The notes under the pieces were generated by a model. That model worked only from the letters and a program-made list of their open reading frames with translations. It made no database searches and was not told the DNA's origin. This document shows, piece by piece, positions 9,580-19,121 of a stretch of 64,000 nucleotides of DNA. Position numbers and translations under genes: made by a program. Numbering within the stretch: position 1 is the first letter of the stretch; each line of letters opens with the position of its first letter. Origin of the DNA: Candidatus Bathyarchaeum tardum (GTDB lineage: Archaea > Thermoproteota > Bathyarchaeia > Bathyarchaeales > Bathyarchaeaceae); assembly GCA_024650005.2 (NCBI GenBank), contig CP122380.1, positions 576,001-640,000 of the forward strand. Reading direction: 5' to 3'.

Positions 9580-10893
9580 GTGAAAATGAAATTTCAAATA
9601 CTTTCGTCTAAACGCAAAGTGGTTACAGGCTCATTTCTTGTTTCCTTACTTTTAGTAACATTTACCTTGATGCCTATAGTTTTTGCTGAACCTAATACAC
9701 AGGATATAACAGTAGACACGGCATACAGCATGATAGAGGGTGGGGCTTTCCCTGACCTTGCTATTTTAGATGTCCGAAACCAAAGCGAATATGACGTCAA
9801 CCACTTGTACGGCACTACTTTGATTCCACTTCATGAGCTTGAGACGAGAATTGGTGAACTTGCAGAGCAAATGAATAATGAAATATTAGTTTACTGTGGA
9901 TCAGGCGGAAGAAGTGAAATAGCATCAGGAATCCTTGACAATAATGGATTCACAAACGTCTTTAACATACTTGGTGGCATCACAGAATGGATAGACTCTG
10001 AATATCCAATATACACAACTTATCACAACGTTACGGTAGACACAATTGGTAGACACCGAATCCGTGTAGACATAGAACCTTGGATGTATGAGATTTGTGA
10101 GTCTTGCGGAAGTCAAGAATGGTCTGATGCCAGTGAACTAATTGATGTTCAAAGGACAACGCTGGAACAAGGAGAAGAGCATACCGTTACTTTAGTGACT
10201 TATGAAGTGAATGGTAAGATAATCGAATTCATCAAAACTGAAACAATACTCTGGGCTTATGAGAAAAATACCGGAAAGAGCAACACCACAGCTCAGTTCA
10301 ATACGACAGAAGTAATTATGAATAATGCAACAATGCAATACTACAGTCTTAACTACTTAGTTCAGCATAAGAACTATAATGTAACTTTATACACGAGCCT
10401 TACACCGTTAGATTCAGAAACATATAACAACTCCTTCACAGTGGTGAACTATGCACCAGTTGCACAACCTGATGTTTTCTCATTAGAGCTAGTAAATTTC
10501 AACTCACCATGTACATTATCGCAACTTTATAATTCATTAGGTGCGGTTGCAAAAGAAGTGGGTAACGTCTATCATGAGAGTCCCGATGAAACATTGCAGC
10601 AACTCAAAAACAGATATTACAAAATGGGTCAAGAAATTAAACACTTATCCCAAATTGTGAATAGAGAACTATCTGACTATAACAAGAACATACTCAACAA
10701 TGTGGTATTCTTAGTAGATGACTTCTGGAGTTGCCTAGCATGTACTGCCAGTTGGACAGCACTTTGCTATCTAGGATGTGTAGGGTTATGCGCCGCTTTT
10801 TGGGCTTTCTGTCCATATGTTGGTGCTTGTGCGGAATTGGGTTGTAATGCAGCTGTTTACATTTTGTGCGAAGAAACAGGATGGTGTCCTTGA
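9580..10893 (+). CDS. Secreted precursor: rhodanese domain plus C-terminal halocin-C8-like Cys-rich peptide
   Basis: Signal peptide; LDVR...YCGSGGRS...GGITEW rhodanese; last 58 aa contain 10 Cys (CxxC-x7-C-x3-C...GC-x7-C-x5-CP). Confidence 0.75.
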   Translation: MKMKFQILSSKRKVVTGSFLVSLLLVTFTLMPIVFAEPNTQDITVDTAYSMIEGGAFPDLAILDVRNQSEYDVNHLYGTTLIPLHELETRIGELAEQMNNEILVYCGSGGRSEIASGILDNNGFTNVFNILGGITEWIDSEYPIYTTYHNVTVDTIGRHRIRVDIEPWMYEICESCGSQEWSDASELIDVQRTTLEQGEEHTVTLVTYEVNGKIIEFIKTETILWAYEKNTGKSNTTAQFNTTEVIMNNATMQYYSLNYLVQHKNYNVTLYTSLTPLDSETYNNSFTVVNYAPVAQPDVFSLELVNFNSPCTLSQLYNSLGAVAKEVGNVYHESPDETLQQLKNRYYKMGQEIKHLSQIVNRELSDYNKNILNNVVFLVDDFWSCLACTASWTALCYLGCVGLCAAFWAFCPYVGACAELGCNAAVYILCEETGWCP

Positions 10894-10932
10894 GACTATT
10901 TAAATTCCAAAAAAAGGTAATGACATGGGGAA

Positions 10933-11361
10933 GTGAAACAGTTGAACGATTATACAAAACCTGGCTGGTGGAAGAGAAGCTGTAGGAGCTACTTGTTTCT
11001 CTTCGTTCTAATACCATTTGTAGTAATGTTGGTTATTTTTGGTGTGCTGGTATATCTAGGAGTGACTGAAATCACAAAACTGTTAATATACGCAGCAATT
11101 GCCAGTATTGCCATAGCAGCAGCCTATTACATTCGCACAATTCCTTCATCATCTCTGTGGAGAAAAATCTGGATATTCATAGGCGTGGGCGTTATCGGTT
11201 TTCCCCTTGCAGTGGCAATTAGTTTTCTCTCCAGCAGCATTCTTAGCCCAATCACCGGCGATTTGCCCGCATTCATCATGACCACCATATTAGCCATAAT
11301 TCTAGGGGGATATCTGGGAGACAAAATAGGCAAAATGAGAGACTACAGACCCTTTGGTTAA
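10933..11361 (+). CDS. Small 4-TM membrane protein (candidate immunity protein)
   Basis: Four hydrophobic segments; starts 40 bp after the Cys-rich precursor gene. Confidence 0.6.
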   Translation: MKQLNDYTKPGWWKRSCRSYLFLFVLIPFVVMLVIFGVLVYLGVTEITKLLIYAAIASIAIAAAYYIRTIPSSSLWRKIWIFIGVGVIGFPLAVAISFLSSSILSPITGDLPAFIMTTILAIILGGYLGDKIGKMRDYRPFG

Positions 11362-11441
11362 TCAAATGGTCTAAATTGCACTGTGCAAGACATGTTCGAA
11401 CTAATTGTGTAACTCTCACTTTTCTTTTTTTTTTTAAAAAA

Positions 11442-12080
11442 TTATTCTCTATCAGCTACGTATCGTCCGCGTTTTTCGATTTCTTTGATTTTTTTGATAA
11501 TTTGTTTTGTTTCTTCGTGTCCTACTGATTGGGCATATCCGTCCATTACTGCTTTGAAAGATTCTTTCGCATGCTTGTAGTGGCTACTTTGCAGGGTTCG
11601 CTTCATGAGATGAAGATCTACGCCTTTGGGTTCCAGCTCTGTTGAACGTTCACTTAATCCAAAATCGATGAAAACTACCTTTCCATAGGGAGTTAATATC
11701 ATGTTTGAGGTTGTGAGATCCCCGTGAATTATTCCATTTTTGTGAAGTCGACCAATCATTTTCCCGATAACTTTGCACAAGTTGAACCTTTCTTGTTTGG
11801 AGATGTTGTTTAATACTTCTTTGATTTGTTGTCCTTCTACAAACTCCATAACTATGTTTGCTTCTGCAATGTCGACCATAAAAATTGTTGGTGTAGGAAC
11901 TCCTGCTTCTTTGGCTTTGTGCATTATGTGGGGTTCATGTACAGTCCTTTGGGACCGAATCATTTTGTCTAATTCTGGAATCCGATACTGTTTTGGATGA
12001 CGCTTTTTCATGATAACCTGACGATTGTGCCAAGTTTCCTTGTATAAACTGGCTTCAGCGCCTTTTTTAATCAGCAGCAT
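11442..12080 (-). CDS. bud32: KEOPS kinase Bud32
   Basis: KGAEA, HGDLTTSN, IDFGL, RGRY; ATG at 12080 overlaps the kae1 end. Confidence 0.95.
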   Translation of the reverse strand: MLLIKKGAEASLYKETWHNRQVIMKKRHPKQYRIPELDKMIRSQRTVHEPHIMHKAKEAGVPTPTIFMVDIAEANIVMEFVEGQQIKEVLNNISKQERFNLCKVIGKMIGRLHKNGIIHGDLTTSNMILTPYGKVVFIDFGLSERSTELEPKGVDLHLMKRTLQSSHYKHAKESFKAVMDGYAQSVGHEETKQIIKKIKEIEKRGRYVADRE

Positions 12081-13125
12081 TTTTTTCCTCCACCCAAGGG
12101 GCAACAACTTCTTCTAGACGCCATTTTACGTTAACTAAACTTTTTTCCACAGGAGTAGAAATGCCACTACTGTATGCAAGAACACCCGCCCATGCAATCA
12201 TTGCTCCATTATCGGCAGCAAGTTTGATGGGGACCACACAAAACCGTGCACCATGCTCTTCTGCAACTACTTTTAGCATCTCTTGCAATCGCTTGTTAGC
12301 TGCTACTCCTCCAGTTAACAATACTTCAGGTTTTTCTGTATGCGCTAGTGCCCGTTCAGTTACTTCGGTTAACATGCCAAAAGCGACTTCTTGCAGGCTA
12401 AAACAAATGTCTTCTATAGAATACTTGTTTGTCTGAAACGCCTGAACAGCAGCAGTGTGAAGTCCACTAAACGAAAGGTCCATTCCCTTTACAGTGTAAG
12501 GAAGGGGAACAAAGTTTTTGCCGTTCTTTGCTAGTTTTTCAACTACTGCCCCAAAGGGTGCTCCGTGCCCTTGTTTGAGTCCAGCTGCCCTGGCAAAAAC
12601 GTCCAAACAGTTTCCGATTGCAATGTCTAGGGTTTCTCCAAAAATTCTGTATCGTTTTGCTTCAAAGGCCGAAACTATGGTGTTTCCTCCTGAAGCATAC
12701 AGGGTAACTGGGTCTGTTGCTCCTGTTGCCAGTTTGCCAATTTCAATGTGGCCTACACAATGGTTAACTCCAACCAAAGGAACATCAAGATATGACGCCA
12801 AAGCCCGCGCTGCAGTTGCGCCCGTTCGTAGACAAGGGCCTAATCCTGGTCCTTGGGCAAAGGCTACTAAACTAATTTCGTTAGGTTTTACTTGTGCTGT
12901 TTCAAAGGCTTGTTTAAGAACCATTTCGGAAACTTCAGCATGATGTCTAGCTGCTTCTCGAGGATGGATTCCTCCTTCTTCGGGCATGTATGCGTTGTTT
13001 GCGTTTGAGAGAACCTTGCCGTCAAAAGTTACTATTGCTGCACCGAAATCGTCTGCTGTGGATTCGATGCCCAAACAGTAAGAGTCTGTTGAAGCTTTTT
13101 GTGGCAAGAATTGTGTTCCTCCCAA
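12067..13125 (-). CDS. kae1: tRNA t6A synthase Kae1
   Basis: LGIESTA, GGIHPREAARHH, GPGLGPCL, HCVGHIE, DNGAMIA. Confidence 0.97.
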   Translation of the reverse strand: MGGTQFLPQKASTDSYCLGIESTADDFGAAIVTFDGKVLSNANNAYMPEEGGIHPREAARHHAEVSEMVLKQAFETAQVKPNEISLVAFAQGPGLGPCLRTGATAARALASYLDVPLVGVNHCVGHIEIGKLATGATDPVTLYASGGNTIVSAFEAKRYRIFGETLDIAIGNCLDVFARAAGLKQGHGAPFGAVVEKLAKNGKNFVPLPYTVKGMDLSFSGLHTAAVQAFQTNKYSIEDICFSLQEVAFGMLTEVTERALAHTEKPEVLLTGGVAANKRLQEMLKVVAEEHGARFCVVPIKLAADNGAMIAWAGVLAYSSGISTPVEKSLVNVKWRLEEVVAPWVEEKNAAD

Positions 13126-13317
13126 GTCTGTGTTAATATTTTGTAGTTTACCAAGAAAGCATATTTTGCTTGGGAATGTTAAAACGTTTCGTAATTTTGT
13201 TAGAAAGTTTGATTACATATTTTTTACTACTACTTGTCTAATTGAGGCAAAAAGCCTACACATTTTTATGGGTTGATGTGCCCTTATATTTACGAACGTT
13301 CAAAGGATCGAATTTAC

Positions 13318-13695
13318 ATGCCCAGACGCAACGAACTTGAATATAAAGCCTTAGAGGTCATTTCCAACAGTGGAACTGATGGTGTACTTCAATCTGAACT
13401 ATGGCGAGAACTTGATGCAACCAGCAGGGAAGGCAGCAGAATCGCCCTGAAACTTGAAACAAAAGGTTTGATCCTTCGAGACAAAGAACTCCATGAAGGA
13501 CGATGGACTTATCGTCTTTTCACTAAACGTAAACCTGCATCTCTTAATACAATAATTGATTCTCCGTGTTTGATGTGCCCAAACGATGCCCGATGTGGTG
13601 CTTGGGGTCCAATTTCTCCCCACGAATGCAAGATGCTCACTGCGTGGATTTTGGGTGTGGAACTGCCTGAACTGGAAACTTCTGGTGAAATCTAG
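13318..13695 (+). CDS. tfeB: Transcription factor E beta subunit (RPC34/RPC39-like; wHTH plus Fe-S Cys cluster)
   Basis: wHTH followed by PCLMCP..RC....ISP.EC..L..W, matching the RPC34 C-terminal 4-Cys pattern. Confidence 0.8.
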   Translation: MPRRNELEYKALEVISNSGTDGVLQSELWRELDATSREGSRIALKLETKGLILRDKELHEGRWTYRLFTKRKPASLNTIIDSPCLMCPNDARCGAWGPISPHECKMLTAWILGVELPELETSGEI

Positions 13696-13697
13696 GC

Positions 13698-14309
13698 TTG
13701 CCAGGAAGTGCATGGGTAAACGAACGAAAAAACGAATTCTATTACCGTAAAGCAAAAGCAGAAAACCTGCGTTCACGAGCCTATTTTAAACTTATTCAAG
13801 CAGTACAACGCTACAATTTCATAAAACCCGGACACGTAGTAGTCGATTTAGGTGCGGCCCCTGGGGGTTGGACCCAAGCAGCTCTGCGGTTAGTTGAAGA
13901 TTCAGGTTTTGTTTTAGCAGTTGACCTGAAAAAAATTGCCCCTTTTGATGCACCAAACGCCTTAGCAATTGTTGGCGACGTTACCCAACAAGAAATTATG
14001 CAAAAAATTTTGCAGTTGCTGCCCCATGCCCCTGATGTAGTTGTTTCAGATGTTGCACCCAACGTTTCAGGAACCTGGGAACTTGACCACGCTCGACAAA
14101 TTGATCTAGCAACTCAATCCCTAAACATTGCGGTTTCACTTCTTCGACCTGGCGGAAACTTTTTTGTTAAAGTCTTTCAAGGCAGCACAACAAACAATTT
14201 CATTAAAGACATAAAACGCCATTTCAGCTTCGTAAAACTAATAAAACCAAAAGCCAGCCGAAGCAAAAGTGCTGAACTATACGTCCTTGGAATGAAATTT
14301 AGAAAATAA
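13698..14309 (+). CDS. rlmE: 23S rRNA Um2552 methyltransferase (FtsJ/RlmE)
   Basis: RSRAYFKL, DLGAAPGGW, SDVAPN, KPKASR..SAE. Confidence 0.95.
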   Translation: MPGSAWVNERKNEFYYRKAKAENLRSRAYFKLIQAVQRYNFIKPGHVVVDLGAAPGGWTQAALRLVEDSGFVLAVDLKKIAPFDAPNALAIVGDVTQQEIMQKILQLLPHAPDVVVSDVAPNVSGTWELDHARQIDLATQSLNIAVSLLRPGGNFFVKVFQGSTTNNFIKDIKRHFSFVKLIKPKASRSKSAELYVLGMKFRK

Positions 14310-14316
14310 CCGAATT

Positions 14317-15492
14317 TTATTTCTTTGCTGTTTCTGTGATTATTTTTGTGGCGATTTCTAAACCGTTCCAGTCTTTGATTTTTGTTTGGAGTTGTTGTGA
14401 GTTTTCTTGATACTTGTTTGTTAACAGTTTTTGAACTGCACACAGCAAGGTCTGTTTGTTGAGGTCTTCTTGTGTTATCATTTCTGTGACGCCAAGTTCT
14501 ATTGTTTTTTCTGCGTTGTTAAATTGTTCAGTGTGGCTGGGTGTAGGAATAAGAATTGTTGGTTTTCCGTAACAAATTGACTGAGATAGGGTTCCGTGTC
14601 CACCTCTGGAAATGACGATGTCGCAGGCTTTGAGGTATTCAAAACGATTTGGAATCCATCCATAGACTATCAAGTTTCCGTTAACTGATGTTTCTGCTTT
14701 CACGTTTGGGTAGCCAAGGGACATAACTATATGGTAATCGTGGGGAAACTGGGTAAATATTTGTCGAAGCAAACCAGTAAAATATGCACGTTCTTTTGGT
14801 GGTCCACTGATGGGGGCAAAAATGATTGGTTTATCCTCAGGTAACCCAAGCTTTTTTCGAAGCTGCATTTTTTCTGGCAAATCTTCTGGGCTTACCGGAA
14901 GAATCGGACCAATGAACTTTATTTTTTTATGGTATGCCTTTGGAATGTGCAGATTTTTGTTTGAAATCGTATAAGGGGGAGGAAAATCTGGAACCATTAT
15001 ATGGTTTACTTCTGCCCATACTTTTCCTACCAAAGTTAACGTGGTGGCGTCTGCTATTCGTGCAAGTTTAAGGAATCTGTTTCGTCGCGGAATAAACACT
15101 TGAAACTGGTTTAAAATGCAAACTCGGGGAACATCCAAAAATTTTGCAGCAACTAAAGAAGATGCCCTAGAGTCTGAAACTACAATGTCGGGGTCGAAAG
15201 CTTGTATGTAATCGATTTCTGCGTCTATTTGTTTTGCGATCTTGTAAACTGTCAAAAACGGTCCGGGGTCAACTGTTGTTAACCTAAAATCGATACTTCC
15301 ATCAGGTTTAACTTGAACTCCAATATCGGGAGCCTCTATGACTTTGAATCCTTCTTTTTGAACGTATTTGAAGCCTTCATTATACGTTGAAAACAGCAGT
15401 TCAGCTCCTTGCTGTTGCAATTTCCTTGCTATGGGAATACAACGACCAACATGACCCAAACCCGCCCCAGATGGCGTAAAAAAAACACGCAT
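14317..15492 (-). CDS. GT-B glycosyltransferase (GT28/MurG-like)
   Basis: GLGHVGR, ISRGGHGT, PTPSHTEQ. Confidence 0.85.
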   Translation of the reverse strand: MRVFFTPSGAGLGHVGRCIPIARKLQQQGAELLFSTYNEGFKYVQKEGFKVIEAPDIGVQVKPDGSIDFRLTTVDPGPFLTVYKIAKQIDAEIDYIQAFDPDIVVSDSRASSLVAAKFLDVPRVCILNQFQVFIPRRNRFLKLARIADATTLTLVGKVWAEVNHIMVPDFPPPYTISNKNLHIPKAYHKKIKFIGPILPVSPEDLPEKMQLRKKLGLPEDKPIIFAPISGPPKERAYFTGLLRQIFTQFPHDYHIVMSLGYPNVKAETSVNGNLIVYGWIPNRFEYLKACDIVISRGGHGTLSQSICYGKPTILIPTPSHTEQFNNAEKTIELGVTEMITQEDLNKQTLLCAVQKLLTNKYQENSQQLQTKIKDWNGLEIATKIITETAKK

Positions 15493-15506
15493 GACTTTAG
15501 TTTCCT

Positions 15507-16124
15507 TCAGATTTCTTTTTGTTCCACATCGCCTTTGGGTGCACGTTCCTCAAAAATAATTGCTTCAAAACGATAAATTTTGGTGCCTTTTAACAACCAA
15601 GAATCAGGGGGCACCCCTGCTTTCATGGCAGTTTGGCACAAAAACTCTTCAACTTCCCAGTTCCACTCAACCGGAACCTGCGGCAACAATAAACCCTTAT
15701 GGTAACCCTGCTCAAGTATCAATCCGTCTCGTCCTACCTTGATTTTCGACGGATAATCAGTTGGTTTTTCAACTTTAACAAGCTCAGGGGGAGTTAATAC
15801 GCTGACTTCAAAAACTATATTGTCGAGTTCTTGAACATCAACTGGAGGAAAACGTGGGTCCTGTGTTGCTGCACTAACCGCTGCTTCGATTACTGCCTTA
15901 ACAAGGGGTGATGTCGGATACGGCAAACCAATGCAGCCTCTCAAACATTTTGTTTTCTTGGCGATACTATTCAAGGTAACAAAAACGCCACAGGGCTCCA
16001 TTAGTTTGGTTGAAACATTTGCAGGAACTTGTAGGATTCTTCCTGTTTCAAGGTAAGTTGTAACTGTTTGCCTTGCAAGGTTCACTAGAAACTTTCCTTC
16101 TTCTAGTGTCAACTGAAATTTCAC
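15507..16124 (-). CDS. AMMECR1 family protein (TIGR00296-like)
   Basis: GVFVTL, LRGCIG, DPRFPP, GLLLPQV. Confidence 0.93.
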   Translation of the reverse strand: MKFQLTLEEGKFLVNLARQTVTTYLETGRILQVPANVSTKLMEPCGVFVTLNSIAKKTKCLRGCIGLPYPTSPLVKAVIEAAVSAATQDPRFPPVDVQELDNIVFEVSVLTPPELVKVEKPTDYPSKIKVGRDGLILEQGYHKGLLLPQVPVEWNWEVEEFLCQTAMKAGVPPDSWLLKGTKIYRFEAIIFEERAPKGDVEQKEI

Positions 16125-16233
16125 GTTATGTTGCCTCTGACTACTTGCAAAATCAACCCTACATAAGTATAAGGTTTTTGAACAAAAAGGGTTTGAAAAA
16201 AGGAAAAATCGGATTGATCTAGTATGTTGTCAC

Positions 16234-16863
16234 TCAAAAGTTGACGGTTTCTTCTTGAACCCCATCTTTTGTAATAACCATCAAATCCACGCCGTCACCG
16301 CTCATGGAATCTCTGCGAACTGCAGATTTTATTGATTTCAGAGTTAATTCTTTTGCTTCTTCTAAGGACATTTTTGTTCTGTAGCCTTGTTCCAGAACAC
16401 CCGTTGCCATGGTGGCTCCAGTTCCTACTGCTGCATAATCGTCGGGCAAAAGGGAACCCAAAACATCAAGCACATATATTGCAGCTCCATCGCCATCCAT
16501 TCCCCCCACAATTGTTTGGATATATAACGGGTACATTCGTCTGTTGAACAAAACGTTTGCTGTGACTTTGGATGCTGCTTTTACGCTCATGGGGCGTTTT
16601 GTGTCTAACGTGAAGAGTGTTGCCTGGGCGGAGATTTCTCTTGCCAAAATTTGCATGTCCGAGACCAACCCTGCACATGCTACACCGACTTTTTCAGCGA
16701 TTTTAAAAACCTTCTTTCCAGTTTTGCTCATTACCATGGAGCCATAAGTAACTCGTTTTTCGGAAGCTAAAATTACTCCACCATCAAAAACTAGACCTAC
16801 TGTGGTAGCTCCGGGCATGTAATATCGTCCTTGGGCTTGGTCACTCAAACTTTCTTCCTCCAA
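16234..16863 (-). CDS. psmB: Proteasome beta subunit (probably the non-catalytic type)
   Basis: GATTVG, ASEKR, AGLVSD, AVGTG, RRDSMSGDG. Confidence 0.92.
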   Translation of the reverse strand: MEEESLSDQAQGRYYMPGATTVGLVFDGGVILASEKRVTYGSMVMSKTGKKVFKIAEKVGVACAGLVSDMQILAREISAQATLFTLDTKRPMSVKAASKVTANVLFNRRMYPLYIQTIVGGMDGDGAAIYVLDVLGSLLPDDYAAVGTGATMATGVLEQGYRTKMSLEEAKELTLKSIKSAVRRDSMSGDGVDLMVITKDGVQEETVNF

Positions 16864-16955
16864 GATTCAATGGAGTATTGACCTAAAAGAAGCTATTAAA
16901 CTTAATTGATTTTCCATTAAAACACTTTAGAGTTAAATTGTTACCCCTTGCCCTT

Positions 16956-17780
16956 CTAATTGTCCAAAGTTCCAAGCATACTTCCTGTGCGGTAACCCTC
17001 AAGGTCAACTGTAACAAACTTGAATCCTATTGCTTTCAATTCTTTAACGATTTTATCCAACACTTCATTTTTACTGAAAAGGTTGATTTCATTTTTTGGA
17101 ACTTCAATTCGGGCAAAGCTGTTATGGTCTCGAACTCGTAGCTGTGTTACGCCCGTGAGGTTTCGAATTATCTGCTCTGCTTGGGCGATTCTATCTAGTT
17201 TTTCAGCAGTAATTTGTTCATTAAAAGGTATTCTAGACGCCAAACACGCATTAGATGGCTTATTAAAAACAGATAACCCCAAACCTTTAGCTACTAACCG
17301 AATTTCTTGACGGGTGAACTTGTTGGCTGCCCATGGGCTGTAAACGTTTTTTGATTCTTGAACTGCCACAAAACCTGGTCTGTGTCCAGTTAACTCACTG
17401 AAGTTAGTTCCCTCAAAGATGGCTTTAAATCCTAGTTTTTTTGCAATTTCTTGCATTTGTTTTAGTAACTCTTTTTTACAAAAATAACAACGGTTTTCGG
17501 GATTCTTTCTAAAATTTTCATTTGACAACTCATACGTTTTCACTATGTGTTGTTTTATTCCGATTTGTTTTGCAGCATTTTCTGAATCTTCCAATTCTTT
17601 AGTTGTGTAAGTTGGGGATATTGCAGTTACAGCAACTGCTTTTGGTCCCAGAACCTCGTAACATAATGCCGCAAGGGTTGTGCTATCCACTCCGCCAGAA
17701 AAAGCTATTACTACACCGTTTTTTCCTTTGTTTGCAATAAAATGTTTAATTTCGTCAACTTTTTTGGTCAGATTTTCCAC
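16956..17780 (-). CDS. larE: ATP-dependent sacrificial sulfur transferase LarE
   Basis: AFSGGVDS, RCYFCK, CLASRIP, RVRDH, GYRTGSM. Confidence 0.93.
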   Translation of the reverse strand: MENLTKKVDEIKHFIANKGKNGVVIAFSGGVDSTTLAALCYEVLGPKAVAVTAISPTYTTKELEDSENAAKQIGIKQHIVKTYELSNENFRKNPENRCYFCKKELLKQMQEIAKKLGFKAIFEGTNFSELTGHRPGFVAVQESKNVYSPWAANKFTRQEIRLVAKGLGLSVFNKPSNACLASRIPFNEQITAEKLDRIAQAEQIIRNLTGVTQLRVRDHNSFARIEVPKNEINLFSKNEVLDKIVKELKAIGFKFVTVDLEGYRTGSMLGTLDN

Positions 17781-17786
17781 TGGAAA

Positions 17787-19040
17787 TCACCTTTTTTTAG
17801 TTAGAACTTTCTGGGCTCTTAACCTGATTAACTCTGCGATTTCTCTTGCAGGTTTTTTTGTTTTCTTTGATATTCGTTTAACATCTTCAAATTCAGGTTT
17901 AACCCTAAGAATTTCTCCGTTGGTGTCTTTGGCAACTTTAACTGTTACTTTTTCCGTTGTGCTATCCAGTGGCAATTCCAGTTGAACAAGTTCACGGTTA
18001 ATTACAAGTCTTTCACAAGAGCAAATTCTAACACCAAGAGTCCCAGTTTCATCCATAATTACCCGGGATAAATGTTCAACATCTGCTTTATCGGCTATCA
18101 CTTTTAGAATCTGATTAGGTCTGCTCTTTTTGGTTACCCCCGAAAGCACGGTTACATCTTTTGCCCCCTCTTGGGTCAATACTTCGATAGTATGTCCAAG
18201 AATTTCTCCAGTAACATCGTCAAGGTTTGTTTCCAAAACAGCAACTTCTTCTTTCAAAAGCCCATAATCCACATTATTCCCAATAGTAATACGCAAAACA
18301 TTTGGGACACCTTCAAAGGTTTTAGTTCCTGCACCATAACCAACTTTCACGGGCACTATTGCGGGATAAAAACGGCTGACCTCATCAACTAAATTAACCA
18401 GTATTGCTGCTCCTGTTGGTGTAGCAAGCTCCTTTTCGATTGGTCCCCCTTGAATTGCAAACTGTTTAGACTGAAAAATTGCAAGAGTTGCTGGAGCTGG
18501 ACTGGACATGGTGCCATGAGAAAATTTGAACAATCCACCCCCAACGGAAACTGGGGTTGAATAGATTTTAGCATCAAACAATCCAAGATCATCTAAAGCA
18601 ACTGCAGCACCTATGATCTCTGCTGCAGTGTCCACAAGTCCCACTTCATGCATGTGGGTATGGTCCATGCTTGTGTTGTGTATCTTTGCTTCTGCTCCAA
18701 CAAGTGTCCGTATCGTGTTTGAAGCAAACTGTTTTGCTTTTGTTGAAATGTCCAAATTTTGAGAGCAAGTTTCTACAATTTCTATTAGTTTGGAACCCTG
18801 CATATGCAAAACAGTTTTGGCGGTTACGTCAATTGTTGTTGCTTTAACGTCTTTACTCATTGTTCGTTTGAGGTTAATTGAAATTTTTTCATATCCGTAA
18901 TTTGGGTTTTCCAACGACTTTATGGCTGTAGTTACTTTGTTTTTGTTTGCTCCAAGGTCAAGTAGAGCTGCTAAAACCATATCTCCTGCGACGCCTGCCA
19001 TTTGACAGTCGATAACTGCGATTTTGTTTAGTTTTGGCAT
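17787..19040 (-). CDS. larC: Nickel insertion protein LarC
   Basis: DCQMAGVAGDM, HMHEVG, ELATPTGAA, LETNLDD, KPEFED; ATG at 19040. Confidence 0.93.
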   Translation of the reverse strand: MPKLNKIAVIDCQMAGVAGDMVLAALLDLGANKNKVTTAIKSLENPNYGYEKISINLKRTMSKDVKATTIDVTAKTVLHMQGSKLIEIVETCSQNLDISTKAKQFASNTIRTLVGAEAKIHNTSMDHTHMHEVGLVDTAAEIIGAAVALDDLGLFDAKIYSTPVSVGGGLFKFSHGTMSSPAPATLAIFQSKQFAIQGGPIEKELATPTGAAILVNLVDEVSRFYPAIVPVKVGYGAGTKTFEGVPNVLRITIGNNVDYGLLKEEVAVLETNLDDVTGEILGHTIEVLTQEGAKDVTVLSGVTKKSRPNQILKVIADKADVEHLSRVIMDETGTLGVRICSCERLVINRELVQLELPLDSTTEKVTVKVAKDTNGEILRVKPEFEDVKRISKKTKKPAREIAELIRLRAQKVLTKKR

Positions 19041-19121
19041 GGGATTCACACAATCAGTTATTTTAATGGGAGTTGTAATAGTGATATAATTGTTTATGTT
19101 CTTAAGGAGTCTGAATTCAAT

